This document shows, piece after piece, positions 25,944 to 36,077 of a DNA stretch of 64,000 bases; position 1 is the first letter of the stretch; the number at the start of each line of letters is the position of its first letter. The position numbers were made by a program, and so were the translations under genes. The notes below the pieces were generated by a model, which was not told where the DNA came from, ran no database searches, and was given only the letters and a program-made list of their open reading frames with translations. The stretch spans positions 159,269 to 223,268 of the IMG/VR virus record IMGVR_UViG_3300020172_006270. The stretch is one strand, 5' to 3'.

Positions 25944-25965
25944 ACTGTATGTATTACAGCGCAAC

Positions 25966-26003
25966 AAAAAACCCACTGGCTTTCACCAGTGGGTCTTGTT
26001 TTT
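25966..26003. terminator. Intrinsic terminator after MCP
   Basis: acccactgg/ccagtgggt with T-runs on both strands. Confidence 0.85.
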
Positions 26004-26027
26004 TCTTTTCTACTGACCTGTCATTGA

Positions 26028-27464
26028 TTAGATGACGAAGTTAGCGATGCTCATACGAGCATAGAACTTGGCACCTTCACGCAGCAATTTCTTGCCGTAG
26101 CGTGTCAGAATACCCTTGCGTGGGCAGAAGGATTCTGGGTCGAGGACCACAGGTGTCTGTGTCAGTGGAACGTATGGGCAGTAGAAGTAACCACTGTCCA
26201 TGTAGCTGTCGCCCTTGTAACCCATCAAAATCTGGTTGGATGGGAAGAGAGGGTCTTTGTACAGTCTCCAACGGTTGTTAACAGTACCAACATACTGGAT
26301 GCCCAGGCTGCTAGTGAATGTTTCGCTTGGGGCTGGAGCAAAACCTGCGGTTGCTGTCTCGAAGATCGAGGCAACTTCAGGGCTGGTTACGAGCCAGTTA
26401 GCTCCACCACGAAGCGTCTTACGGTGGATGACGTTAGAAACTTCAACAACCTTGACATACAACGACTCATACTTTTCCTTGATGGTTTCACCAAGAGCAG
26501 TATTGAAGTCCCAAGCGGTTACTGTACCGCTGTTGTTGCGAAGGTCGGTTAGAACTTCACGGTCGATTTCGAGGTTGATTTCCTGGGCCAATACAGCGGT
26601 CAGTTCGGCTTCTGCGTCCAGGTTGTGCTGGCTGCGGAGGTCTTGCTGTGCTTCATAGGACCATACAGCCTTCAACTTACGGGTCTTGGCGGCAATTTCT
26701 TCCGACTCGATCACGAGGTTGATTTCTGGGAGGTCTTGCTGGCACTCCATGTTGTACTCATAGCTGATGACAGCGTGGTTAGCGCCAGGAGCCGAGTTCC
26801 ATGTGAGGGCGAGTTCGCCAGTGTTGTTGTTCAAGCTACCTGCTGTAACCTTAACGCTAGGAGCGCCAATGTCAGTGAAGGTGAAGCTACCACCGGACGA
26901 AACGATGAATGTCTGGACAGCAGTGCTGCCATCATAAATCGTACCAGTTACAGTACCGGCCAAAACTGGTGTGTGTTCCAAAGGAGTGAACACAGCAGCG
27001 GTGTCAGTACCAGCGTCAGTCGAGGTCGTCTCGTTCTGAATGAACTGGTGGGTGTAGAAGATGTCCAGGTTGGCAGTACCGTCAGCGGTCTGCATCAACG
27101 AGTTGGCGTCATCACCAGGGAAACCACCGTTGTTAGAAGCGCCACGGGTTGCACCCTTGTTGCTGCTATAACGGAAGCGTAGGTAATACACCAGACCTGT
27201 TGGGCCTAGCAATGGCTGAACGCTAACAATCTTGTTGGCGATCAACTGTGGGTAAATACGACGGACAAGCGGAATCGAGATTCGCTTGAACTGAGCGATG
27301 TCGCCAGTGTCGGTTGAGACTTCATTCATGAGTCTCTGGTTTTCGAGTAGAACTGCTGTGGCAGAGCGAACGTAACGGTCCTGAATACCTTCGAGGAGTC
27401 CGGTCTTGCCCCAACGAGATTCTAGCTCCTTAGCCTCATTCAAAAATCGAGAATTTGCGTTCAT
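26028..27464 (-). CDS. gp23: Major capsid protein, T4 gp23-like
   Basis: LLENQ, PLVRR, VQPLxGPTGLV, AKTRKLKAVW, QDLRSQH.LDAEAEL, EINLEIDRE, YCPYVPL, TRYG. Confidence 0.97.
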   Translation of the reverse strand: MNANSRFLNEAKELESRWGKTGLLEGIQDRYVRSATAVLLENQRLMNEVSTDTGDIAQFKRISIPLVRRIYPQLIANKIVSVQPLLGPTGLVYYLRFRYSSNKGATRGASNNGGFPGDDANSLMQTADGTANLDIFYTHQFIQNETTSTDAGTDTAAVFTPLEHTPVLAGTVTGTIYDGSTAVQTFIVSSGGSFTFTDIGAPSVKVTAGSLNNNTGELALTWNSAPGANHAVISYEYNMECQQDLPEINLVIESEEIAAKTRKLKAVWSYEAQQDLRSQHNLDAEAELTAVLAQEINLEIDREVLTDLRNNSGTVTAWDFNTALGETIKEKYESLYVKVVEVSNVIHRKTLRGGANWLVTSPEVASIFETATAGFAPAPSETFTSSLGIQYVGTVNNRWRLYKDPLFPSNQILMGYKGDSYMDSGYFYCPYVPLTQTPVVLDPESFCPRKGILTRYGKKLLREGAKFYARMSIANFVI

Positions 27465-27508
27465 ATTAGAGTTATCCTCTGGTTATGTGTTGCTTGGAGT
27501 TAAAAGCC

Positions 27509-28405
27509 TTATTGAGCTTGTTTCAAACCCGACAGGATCAACAGTTGATCCACGTCATTGTTTGTGGGTGCAGCGTATTCCGAAATCACTACACCATCAT
27601 CGGATGTCTTACCTCTCCCCGTTACATTCGTTGCATTCGTTGTTCTTTCTTTCTGCTCGTTGACAACCTCGGTCTTCTTCACAGACTTGATGGCCTTACG
27701 GCTCTCTGTGATAAGTTCCTGAGACTGACGCACGGCTTCGTTCAACTTGGTGTTTTCTGTGGAGAGACGGATGTTGCGTGCTTCCATAATGCGAAGCTGG
27801 CCCTTCATCTCTTCTACACTCTTGTTGACTTCTTCCAGCTTGCTGGAAGAAACTGATGCGAAATCATCGTCCGACAAGTAGTTGCTGGTCAGATCAATGA
27901 TCTTGTCCAGAGTAACCTTGTGTTCGGCCATACGAGGATCGTTTAATACGTCCCGCTTGGCTTGTTCATAGATTTCCTGGCCCTTGAATTGCAAGAACTG
28001 GTCAACCTTATCGACAATGTATTCCTTCATCTCAGCCAGTTTCTTGTCGTACTCTTCGTACATCTCGACTTCTAGCTGCTGATTCTTGTCTCGCTCGCCC
28101 TTGAGCATCTGGTATGCTTCTTCATACCCTTCCTCAAGTGCTGCCTTGTACTCTTCACCCTGAAGCTCAAGACGGTTACGAAGATCGCCAATAATAGCGT
28201 ATGCTTCTTCGTAGCCTTTCTCTGCTGTCTTTTCAGCGTTCGCCAACTCGCTAGTAAGCTCGGCGTAGGCTTCTTCAAGTTTCTGATTGTACTCAGTTTC
28301 GAGATTTACCTTAGCCTGCTCTAGCATGTCCTTGACGGCGGCTGCGACTTCGTTAATCTCAGATTCAGGTAGGAGCTTCTTCAGTGCTTCTGTAATCTTA
28401 TCCAT
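27509..28405 (-). CDS. Prohead scaffold/core protein, gp22-like
   Basis: Acidic coiled coil between protease and MCP. Confidence 0.75.
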   Translation of the reverse strand: MDKITEALKKLLPESEINEVAAAVKDMLEQAKVNLETEYNQKLEEAYAELTSELANAEKTAEKGYEEAYAIIGDLRNRLELQGEEYKAALEEGYEEAYQMLKGERDKNQQLEVEMYEEYDKKLAEMKEYIVDKVDQFLQFKGQEIYEQAKRDVLNDPRMAEHKVTLDKIIDLTSNYLSDDDFASVSSSKLEEVNKSVEEMKGQLRIMEARNIRLSTENTKLNEAVRQSQELITESRKAIKSVKKTEVVNEQKERTTNATNVTGRGKTSDDGVVISEYAAPTNNDVDQLLILSGLKQAQ

Positions 28406-29088
28406 TAGCCTAACCTCGCTTTGATATTGCTAGTTTGTTGTTCAATGATCCCGCCCAAGCAAGCAATAAGTGCTTCTTTATTTACATTATGTATGCGGCT
28501 ACATTCATTTTTCGCCACATTTTTGTGAATTTCAGAACTTGGTGCTGGTGTGTAACTTTCTTTCTTGCCAACGACCTTCTCCTGAAAGGCGTTGTAGGTG
28601 CTAGGATCAGCAACAGCATCGAAAGTAATTAGCTTGTAGCTTTCGCCAATAACTAAAATTCCATTCTCATCACTGCGACCGTTGCCAACGCCTCGGCTGC
28701 TGATTCCAACTCTCACCCCGTCAGACAAAAGACTTCGTAGTATTCTGCCGTGCGGTGTATTAAGAATCTCTCCTTCACCCATGAGGTTGTTTCCCTCCCA
28801 CCACAATTTAGTGATGACGTGAGAACATTTCTCAAAGTGAATGATCGAATCTGTAGGGTGATCTAACTCTCCCACCAGCCCACGGGCTTCTACGATGGGA
28901 ATCAATTTCTTGACGTTCTCATCGAGAACACCATAGGGGTAAATTCTTTTGTTTTTGTTAACTGCCTCGGCCTCTTGGAACTTGCCCTTGAACTTAGTCA
29001 GCCCCTTATCGGTAGCTGACTCGTTCAAATTCAAGACAAACCCGCCATTGTCACAGCAGTCAACGAATAGACTTAATCTTTCATCCAT
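28405..29088 (-). CDS. gp21: Prohead protease, T4 gp21-like
   Basis: NKNKRIYP, GELDHP, SHVI, TPHG, GISSRGVG, FDAVADPS. Confidence 0.95.
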   Translation of the reverse strand: MDERLSLFVDCCDNGGFVLNLNESATDKGLTKFKGKFQEAEAVNKNKRIYPYGVLDENVKKLIPIVEARGLVGELDHPTDSIIHFEKCSHVITKLWWEGNNLMGEGEILNTPHGRILRSLLSDGVRVGISSRGVGNGRSDENGILVIGESYKLITFDAVADPSTYNAFQEKVVGKKESYTPAPSSEIHKNVAKNECSRIHNVNKEALIACLGGIIEQQTSNIKARLG

Positions 29089-29111
29089 TGACGCACTCCT
29101 TTTTGTGTGTG

Positions 29112-31016
29112 TTAGACCTTGGTTTCGCCTTTATCGACAACTAGGTTGTCGGACTTCATCTTGTACTTGCTCTTGTCCCAAGGGGAGTCAGGCACATACG
29201 GGTTCTTCAAGTTCGGCCATGTATCGCCAGACTGCCAACGGCTCCAATCGCTTTCGCCGTCATCAACTGCCGACTTCTCTTTCATCTTGTAGTCACCGAA
29301 AGGCTTCGGTACATATGGGTTCTTCATGTCCGGCCAAGTGTCTGCACCGCCAATGTTGCTCCATGAACGATTTCGCATTTCATCTGCTAGTCCGTTCTTG
29401 TAGCTCTTGCCGTCAGATACCGGAGCTTCGTCGCCCCAATCGCCGGTGTACTTGGATGGAACTGCATCATGCTGTTTAGCGTTCCAAGACATTTTTGGGT
29501 GATCGCCATTAACAGTGTGGTGTACATCACTGTTTGAAACGTCCCATGTGCTTTCAGCACCGGAAACATTCGCCTCAACTAGATCGTGCAGGTAATTGGC
29601 AATAGCCTCTGCAAGATTCAGGTCAACTTGAACTTCACGGTTCAGAACAGCAGCACATTCCTGCATGTAGTTCTCAACTTCAGCCTTGGTTGCTTCGTCG
29701 CCAGTTTCAGCAGCAACACGGTGGACTTCGTGGAGAGCCTTGAACAAGTCAGCAAACACTCGCAGATCAGCCGAGTCAGACTCGTCTAGCTGGGTGTAGA
29801 ACTTGTCAGCAACAGTCTTGAATTCCTTGTAGGAATCTTCACAAGTCTTGCATTCAGCGGTCAGGTCAGCAGTGCTACCGGCCAGGGAGCCGATCTTACG
29901 AACTCGATCTGTGAAGGCGTTGTGAGCAGTACGGAGAATTGCTTCTGCCATGAAAGAACACATATTGTCGTCATAATTGGTGACATTAGCTGTCTCCAAT
30001 GCTGTCGAAATCTGCTCTGCCAATTCACCTTCGGTGATGTACAGAACGTCCGGCCAACGGCTGACAATAGCTTCTAGGGTTTCTTCGAGTGAAGAATTGT
30101 CCGAAATATTGTTGTATCGCTTCAGATCGGTCATCGCCTTGATGAAAGTCTGGTCTTCTGAGAGCTTCTTGACGTTTCCACGGAGAACCTTGATCTCATG
30201 ATCCATAGTCTTCCAGTTGAAGGTCAAAATCTTGCCCTCGTTACGCTTCTGGATTGTTGGCATAGCCACACCAGTTACGTTGCCTCTGTCGTCTGTCTGA
30301 ATCATGGATTCGGACATTACAGGGCCAAATTCTTTGTAGTCCAAATAGCTCATGACGTTCTCGCACATCATCGACCATTCCTTAATGGTGGTCGGCTTGA
30401 CTTTACGAGCGTATGTACGCCAACGTGGGTTGGAAGAACCACCTAACTGCTTAGAAGCAGATGATCGCTTGCGACCGAGTTGTTCTTTCTGGCTCTTGGA
30501 TACACGGGAGAGGGTTTTGTTGCGTGAACGAGTACGCTTGGCGACCAAAGAACGGCTCTGCTTCTTGCCCCGCAGCGGAGAGTTGCTGCCAGTAGGCTTG
30601 GAAACAGTGACCTTAAATGCTTCGCTGACGAGCAATTCACGTCGAACGAACGGCATAGAAAGATAAGCCTCAAACTGCTGGCTTGCCTTAGCGTCGTTGC
30701 TCTCAAGTAGTGAATCTACCATATTGACTAGGATTTGGCGGGCGTTTTTCTTCTCGCTTTCCTCTTCAATAACCAATTGTTCAAGGTTCTCAAGAACCAA
30801 CTGGTCCTTGTCTAACTTGTAGCTGGCGTGTACGAAACTTCCGTCCGGTGCTTGGTATGTGACATCGGATTCCCCGAAGGTGAATAACTTTAAGTCATCT
30901 ACACCCAAGGTTTTTGCCAGCACTTCTTCTGCCCCGATTAACTCTTCCTGGGCGTTTGTAAGTGATGCTTCTTCGATTTTCTTAAACGCATCGAAGCTGA
31001 TTAGTTTTCTTTTCAT
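29112..31016 (-). CDS. Large head-core/assembly-like protein (start revised to 31016)
   Basis: First gene of head operon, SD GGGAG; MKRKLISFDAFKKIEE; basic central segment; C-terminal tandem repeat. Confidence 0.7.
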   Translation of the reverse strand: MKRKLISFDAFKKIEEASLTNAQEELIGAEEVLAKTLGVDDLKLFTFGESDVTYQAPDGSFVHASYKLDKDQLVLENLEQLVIEEESEKKNARQILVNMVDSLLESNDAKASQQFEAYLSMPFVRRELLVSEAFKVTVSKPTGSNSPLRGKKQSRSLVAKRTRSRNKTLSRVSKSQKEQLGRKRSSASKQLGGSSNPRWRTYARKVKPTTIKEWSMMCENVMSYLDYKEFGPVMSESMIQTDDRGNVTGVAMPTIQKRNEGKILTFNWKTMDHEIKVLRGNVKKLSEDQTFIKAMTDLKRYNNISDNSSLEETLEAIVSRWPDVLYITEGELAEQISTALETANVTNYDDNMCSFMAEAILRTAHNAFTDRVRKIGSLAGSTADLTAECKTCEDSYKEFKTVADKFYTQLDESDSADLRVFADLFKALHEVHRVAAETGDEATKAEVENYMQECAAVLNREVQVDLNLAEAIANYLHDLVEANVSGAESTWDVSNSDVHHTVNGDHPKMSWNAKQHDAVPSKYTGDWGDEAPVSDGKSYKNGLADEMRNRSWSNIGGADTWPDMKNPYVPKPFGDYKMKEKSAVDDGESDWSRWQSGDTWPNLKNPYVPDSPWDKSKYKMKSDNLVVDKGETKV

Positions 31017-31185
31017 AATCAATTGACTCCCTGTGCTGTTGTTGGATTCCTCATGCGCAACTGCTTCACTGCTGCTTGTGATGAGGGTATGTATTAACTC
31101 TATCTCAAATTTTACACCGTAATTCGTAAAATCCCTCACCGCCTAGTACATAGGTATGCAGAGAACATCAAAAACGGGATTCAAA

Positions 31186-31587
31186 ATGAAAACATTTCAA
31201 GACTATGTGAGCTTAAAAGAGTTAGCAGCATACGATGTTGGCACTAATGTACTTGGCAATTCCAGCCTGGATGCCAATTCGGAAAAGGCTCTGACTGCCG
31301 CTATGCAGGCGTTCGAGGTCATAATGTCCAAGAACAGCCAAGCTGCCGCACAGTTCCTCAACCGTATGTCCGAAGTAATGCCCGAAATTAAAGCAATACT
31401 TCAGCAACATGGATTAGATAGTTTCAAAGACGGTAATTTCAAAACAGATATGCGAAAAGGAGCTTCAAAAGGCCGCAGGGTAATTTCAAAAGGTCTGGCC
31501 GATGTGTCTCCCGAAGATGTAAAAAATCATGGGACCGATGTATTGGCTACAAATTCCGCAGATTCTTTCCACAACCCAATTGGTTAA
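31186..31587 (+). CDS. Hypothetical protein with strong CTS-like N-terminus
   Basis: MKTFQDYVSLKE; alternative ATG at 31156. Confidence 0.7.
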   Translation: MKTFQDYVSLKELAAYDVGTNVLGNSSLDANSEKALTAAMQAFEVIMSKNSQAAAQFLNRMSEVMPEIKAILQQHGLDSFKDGNFKTDMRKGASKGRRVISKGLADVSPEDVKNHGTDVLATNSADSFHNPIG

Positions 31588-31669
31588 CAAAACCACGTCA
31601 GATAATTGTTGATCTTTTTGAATACATATGGATGCCTAATGTCCCGTTGTAACAAGGAGGAGCTTCAAT

Positions 31670-32587
31670 ATGGACGAACTTTGTGTTATCACCGTTTTTT
31701 TCAACCCTGCTGGCTTTACATCCCTATTAAGTAATTACTTCATCTTTGCCGAACAACTCAAGCGGCAAGGGGTGAGGTTAATCACCGTTGAATGTGCTTT
31801 TAATGGTGGTCCGTTCTATATTCCTGATGGCCCGGATGTCCATCGCTTGCGTAGCAATAGTATTATGTGGCAGAAGGAACGCCTAATAAACTATGGCGTT
31901 ACGAAATTGCCAGACGATTGCAAGTATTACGCTTGGATCGACTGCGACGTGCTTTTCCACTCAGAAGATTGGGCGCAGCAAGCCTGCGACAAACTCAAAA
32001 CGGCTGATGTCATTCAGCTATTCAAGAAGGTTTACTACATGCCTAAAGGCATGTTGAAGTACGACGGCAGCAAAATTCCAAACCTTCAAAGCGTTGCATG
32101 GCAATGGAAGATTCACAAGAATTGGCTACACCGTCGCCGCCAGCGTGAATTAAACTTTTCGGTCCCTGGATTTGCCTGGGCCGCTCGTCGTGATACTTTC
32201 AAAGAATTGGGTGGTCTTTATGACCGCAACATCGTTGGAAGTGGCGACACATTTTTCGTTGATTGCTACTTGGATTCGTGGGACATCCACGGATTTGCTA
32301 GTAAATTCAACGATCACATGAAAATAGACTTAATGAAATGGTGTGACGGATTACGAGCCAATAAGCCAGTGCTGGATTATATCCCCGTGGATATTTCTCA
32401 CTTGTGGCACGGCTCTTTGAAGAATCGTAAGTACATGGACCGCCATGACATTATTTTGAATTACGACTACAATCCAAGCACTGACATCACATTAGTCAAT
32501 GATGTTTACGAATGGTCTTCGGACAAGCCTGGGATGCACGATGACATCCGACAATACTTCTTCAACAGACAAGAAGACCAAGACTAA
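31670..32587 (+). CDS. GT-A fold glycosyltransferase-like protein
   Basis: WQKERLIN, AWIDCD (DxD), GSGD, HLWHG; SD AAGGAGG. Confidence 0.7.
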   Translation: MDELCVITVFFNPAGFTSLLSNYFIFAEQLKRQGVRLITVECAFNGGPFYIPDGPDVHRLRSNSIMWQKERLINYGVTKLPDDCKYYAWIDCDVLFHSEDWAQQACDKLKTADVIQLFKKVYYMPKGMLKYDGSKIPNLQSVAWQWKIHKNWLHRRRQRELNFSVPGFAWAARRDTFKELGGLYDRNIVGSGDTFFVDCYLDSWDIHGFASKFNDHMKIDLMKWCDGLRANKPVLDYIPVDISHLWHGSLKNRKYMDRHDIILNYDYNPSTDITLVNDVYEWSSDKPGMHDDIRQYFFNRQEDQD

Positions 32588-32835
32588 CGCTTGGCGTACC
32601 AAAATTGATGAGCTTTCTTGAGGATGTCCTCGGAAAGCTCAAAGCCGCACATATCGCCAACAACTGAATCCACGCCGCATAGCGGACAGATCACAGTTTT
32701 GTCATTGTCGGTATAGTCTTTAATTTCCGTCACGTTGAAAATCTTCAAACAGTGAAAACAACCGGCGTTAGTGGATTGCTCCACTAACTGCCGGTTTTTC
32801 ATTGCTAACGTGGGGAATTGTGTGATTCCTGTCAT
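32584..32835 (-). CDS. Small Zn-ribbon protein
   Basis: GCFHCLKIF...TVICPLCGVDSV. Confidence 0.8.
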   Translation of the reverse strand: MTGITQFPTLAMKNRQLVEQSTNAGCFHCLKIFNVTEIKDYTDNDKTVICPLCGVDSVVGDMCGFELSEDILKKAHQFWYAKR

Positions 32836-35378
32836 TAACCCTCGTCGCCTACGCTATAGTCGATGTCTTCTCGGTCCTGCTCGGCTTCGTAGTCTTGAAT
32901 CTCAAGATCATACTTCTTGATGTCCTCTCCATCTGGCTCTGGAATATTCGCACCTTCAGGTGCCTTCGAGCCTGGATCAGCATCGGGCGTTTCATCTGCC
33001 CCAGAAGCCGTCGCCGTTGGTGGAGGAGGAGCGCCTGCCCCACCGCCTGCTGCCGCCATTGGATCACCGCCTGCCATCGGATCAGGCGACATGCCCGGTC
33101 CACCCGGTTCGGTTCCAAGTTCTCCCTGACCACCGCCTGCATCAGCCCCAGGAATGCCCACGCCCAATAGCTGTGGATTTTGTGCCAATACTTGCAGTTT
33201 GAGGTCTTCCAGCTTTTGCAACTTCAGACGTGCCAACATTTCGTCAGCTTCGTCTTCAGAAAACTTCAATATCTTTGTGACAATATCATAGTCAGCCATA
33301 AGCTGACCACTCTTTAACGTGCCAGCATTAGTATAGCGGGCCGTAACCACTTCCGCACGGGACAGTTCCCGCCAATCCGAAGGAGCCGTCATCTTGATCT
33401 TCAAGTCTTGATAGCTTTCTTCAGGATACCCTCTTAAATGCAAGTGGTGTTCTGCCATTTCCAGGATTCCATCCTCGAAGTGACTTTGCAGCCGCTCAAT
33501 CATGCGAGCGAATTTAACGTCTTGAGCAGACAAAGTAATTCTTGTCGCTCCTGGGTCTTCATTATTGAAATAGTTCTTCGGGAAATTCAAGCTGGTCAAC
33601 AACTTGTTTCTGAAGTAAACGGCGTCATCAATTTCACCCAGGTTTTCTGCACCCGGCAAAGTATCAATACGAGTGTTGCTATTTGGTCGAATTGGTAGCC
33701 AATAGTCCTCGTCCTGAGCAGGTGGTTGCCAGCGTTCTTCTACAGAATTCGCCCCAGGTGTTCCACGACCACTTGTAACCTTACGCTTGCGGAATTGATC
33801 CTTTAGTCGATCAATAAATGCTTCAGCCTTGAATGGAGGAAGCTGTCCAACGTCAATATAGAATACACGACGTTCTGGCGCACGGGTGAGTCGATAGACC
33901 ACCATTGCGTCTTCCATCAATCTCAAGCTGTGTGCCGGTCCACGGGCCGGTTCGATCAAGCTCTGGCCATACGGATAGAATGTCTTGCGATCATCGCCGA
34001 TTCGGAAGTGAACGATCTGACTCGGAGCGAACCGAATGGCTGTCGTCTGATTCAATTCCATTTCATTCTGGCCGGTGACTGGTCCCCGCACGATGGCCTG
34101 ATAATCGGGGCCTTCTTTACTTTGTTGGTACTCGATCATCTTGCCCTTCACCGTCTCAATGCGATACATCGTTTCGGGAGGCAATGGCATAGCCCGATAA
34201 ATGCCCTCTTTGGGATTGTCCGGGTTGATTACCATTTCAACGAACCAGTCTCCAGCAATGCACAGGTTCTTAAACCATGTCCAACCCTGTCGGTTCATAT
34301 TGAGCATCTTGCGATGCAACAACAGGAATTCTACTTCTTCACGGATTTCATCGTTGGCCGTAAGCACCTTGAAGATATTGCCATCTTCATCTTTTTGACA
34401 ATTGTGCAGGATCACAGAATCCGTGGCGAAGCATTTGTGTCCTTCAACTGAGATGTCGTAAACATCTTGCTCTGGTCCTTCCTCAACGCCTATGACTCTA
34501 CGGCGATCTTCATGCTTGTACAGAGTTCTAATCTCTGCTGGCGTGAAACCTTCTTTCTTGACCCAGCCATCTATTGATGACCAATCAAAATCCAGTTTTT
34601 TGGCAATTTGACGGGTGGTTAGTCCACCACCAATCATGCGAATCACCCTATTCACTTTTTCATATGCAGGGTTGCTTTTGCCAGTTTTCCAGTCGTCAAC
34701 AAATTGACGTTCGCTGATCCAGCCCTTCGTGAAGGTGAATAGGCGAGGAAATTGTTTATGTTTGAGTTCAGATGCCGCTGACAACCGATAGAATGGCATC
34801 AATTCGTCACCGAACCGAAGTTCTCCAGTTTCTACCCATGTTCCATCTTTCTTCAGAACACGATGATCTGAAGTAGCGGTGAACTTTGTCCCATTGTCCA
34901 TGACAATAGTTGTAGTTTTAGCTCGTTTGACGAGTCGTGGGGCGAAAGCCCAACCCAGGTTGTAGTCTTTTTTCTGGGCGTCATAACAGTAAACCAAAAA
35001 TCGTTCTTCGGCTCTCTTCTCTGCTAACTCTTTTATGGTAGTGAACCCGAACGGCGTAGCGATCTTAGTGTCACCGGCAACGCAGGCTTCGTCAGCAAAG
35101 ACCGTCATTGCCATTTCGATTTCCGGGACATTACGCAGACGCTCATACTCTTTATACCGCATGGAGCGGTTGGATAGAGTCGTCGTGTCGATCATGTCGT
35201 TGGTTTGACGGTAGCTTGTTTGGCCACCCGGTCCACCACCGCTTTGAAAATCCGTCCCTAGAGCTTCTGGTTGCGCAATACCAGCAGTCCCGAAGTTCTT
35301 AGGGTCTTTACGAGCCGACAGAGGGTCTTTCTCTGTGGCGTATGCGAACAATTTGAAAAAGTCTGACCAAAGTGGCAT
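32835..35378 (-). CDS. gp20: Portal protein, T4 gp20-like, intein-containing
   Basis: LRLMEDAMVVYRLTRAPERRVFYIDVG, EDYWLP, IDTLPG, LGEIDD. Confidence 0.95.
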   Translation of the reverse strand: MPLWSDFFKLFAYATEKDPLSARKDPKNFGTAGIAQPEALGTDFQSGGGPGGQTSYRQTNDMIDTTTLSNRSMRYKEYERLRNVPEIEMAMTVFADEACVAGDTKIATPFGFTTIKELAEKRAEERFLVYCYDAQKKDYNLGWAFAPRLVKRAKTTTIVMDNGTKFTATSDHRVLKKDGTWVETGELRFGDELMPFYRLSAASELKHKQFPRLFTFTKGWISERQFVDDWKTGKSNPAYEKVNRVIRMIGGGLTTRQIAKKLDFDWSSIDGWVKKEGFTPAEIRTLYKHEDRRRVIGVEEGPEQDVYDISVEGHKCFATDSVILHNCQKDEDGNIFKVLTANDEIREEVEFLLLHRKMLNMNRQGWTWFKNLCIAGDWFVEMVINPDNPKEGIYRAMPLPPETMYRIETVKGKMIEYQQSKEGPDYQAIVRGPVTGQNEMELNQTTAIRFAPSQIVHFRIGDDRKTFYPYGQSLIEPARGPAHSLRLMEDAMVVYRLTRAPERRVFYIDVGQLPPFKAEAFIDRLKDQFRKRKVTSGRGTPGANSVEERWQPPAQDEDYWLPIRPNSNTRIDTLPGAENLGEIDDAVYFRNKLLTSLNFPKNYFNNEDPGATRITLSAQDVKFARMIERLQSHFEDGILEMAEHHLHLRGYPEESYQDLKIKMTAPSDWRELSRAEVVTARYTNAGTLKSGQLMADYDIVTKILKFSEDEADEMLARLKLQKLEDLKLQVLAQNPQLLGVGIPGADAGGGQGELGTEPGGPGMSPDPMAGGDPMAAAGGGAGAPPPPTATASGADETPDADPGSKAPEGANIPEPDGEDIKKYDLEIQDYEAEQDREDIDYSVGDEG
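34401..35084 (-). mobile_element. Intein (228 aa) in portal protein
   Basis: Block A CVAGDTKI, block B ATSDHRVL, block F VYDISVEGHKCF, block G ILHN followed by Cys+1. Confidence 0.92.
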
Positions 35379-35465
35379 AATTTATCCCTCTCTAATTAAG
35401 TAAAGTACCGGCAGGTACAATGCTAGTTATTAAGGTGAATGTGTTTTTTCTACCAAAGGACCGTA

Positions 35466-36077
35466 ATGAAGAAAATACTTTTCGTTTGCAGCCATCTACA
35501 TTCGGGTTCTTCTGCGTTATGTGACGCATTAAATCACCATCCTCGGATTCAGGGTTACAACTTAGCGGCTCGCAGTCCGTATGTTGGACCACCGAATCTA
35601 TTGACACTCACAGAGCAGCATCATAAGTTAGATAATCGGTCGGCAATTTACATGGATGAATTGCTTCATAATCATCACCTTTCAACGAAGGCAGCTTATA
35701 AAGAGTGTAAGTTCATCTATGTTGTGAGAGAACCTGCTGCTGTTTTGAATTTATTGATCGGTAATGAAAAAATGAAACCGTCCTTCGCCGTTAGGTATTA
35801 CACCTATCGACTCAGACGGTTGTGCGAGATGGCCAAGCGAACGCCTGGGGCTGTATTGTTGACTTGGGACGATTTAGTGGAGAATCGAGGAATTCCGCTG
35901 ATTGAAGATTACTTGAATCTCCGTCAGCCTATTTCCTACGACCCTACATCTTTGGCTCCCTTCAAAAGAACTTATTCTACCGATCTTGTCGGCTTGCAGT
36001 TACGCTCGAAAGTGGAAGATACCTACCAACGATACCTGTATTACCTGAAAAATCAAAATCTTCATTATTGGTCTTAA
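35466..36077 (+). CDS. Sulfotransferase-like P-loop protein
   Basis: HSGSSALCDALNHHP, FIYVVREP, LLTWDDL. Confidence 0.6.
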   Translation: MKKILFVCSHLHSGSSALCDALNHHPRIQGYNLAARSPYVGPPNLLTLTEQHHKLDNRSAIYMDELLHNHHLSTKAAYKECKFIYVVREPAAVLNLLIGNEKMKPSFAVRYYTYRLRRLCEMAKRTPGAVLLTWDDLVENRGIPLIEDYLNLRQPISYDPTSLAPFKRTYSTDLVGLQLRSKVEDTYQRYLYYLKNQNLHYWS

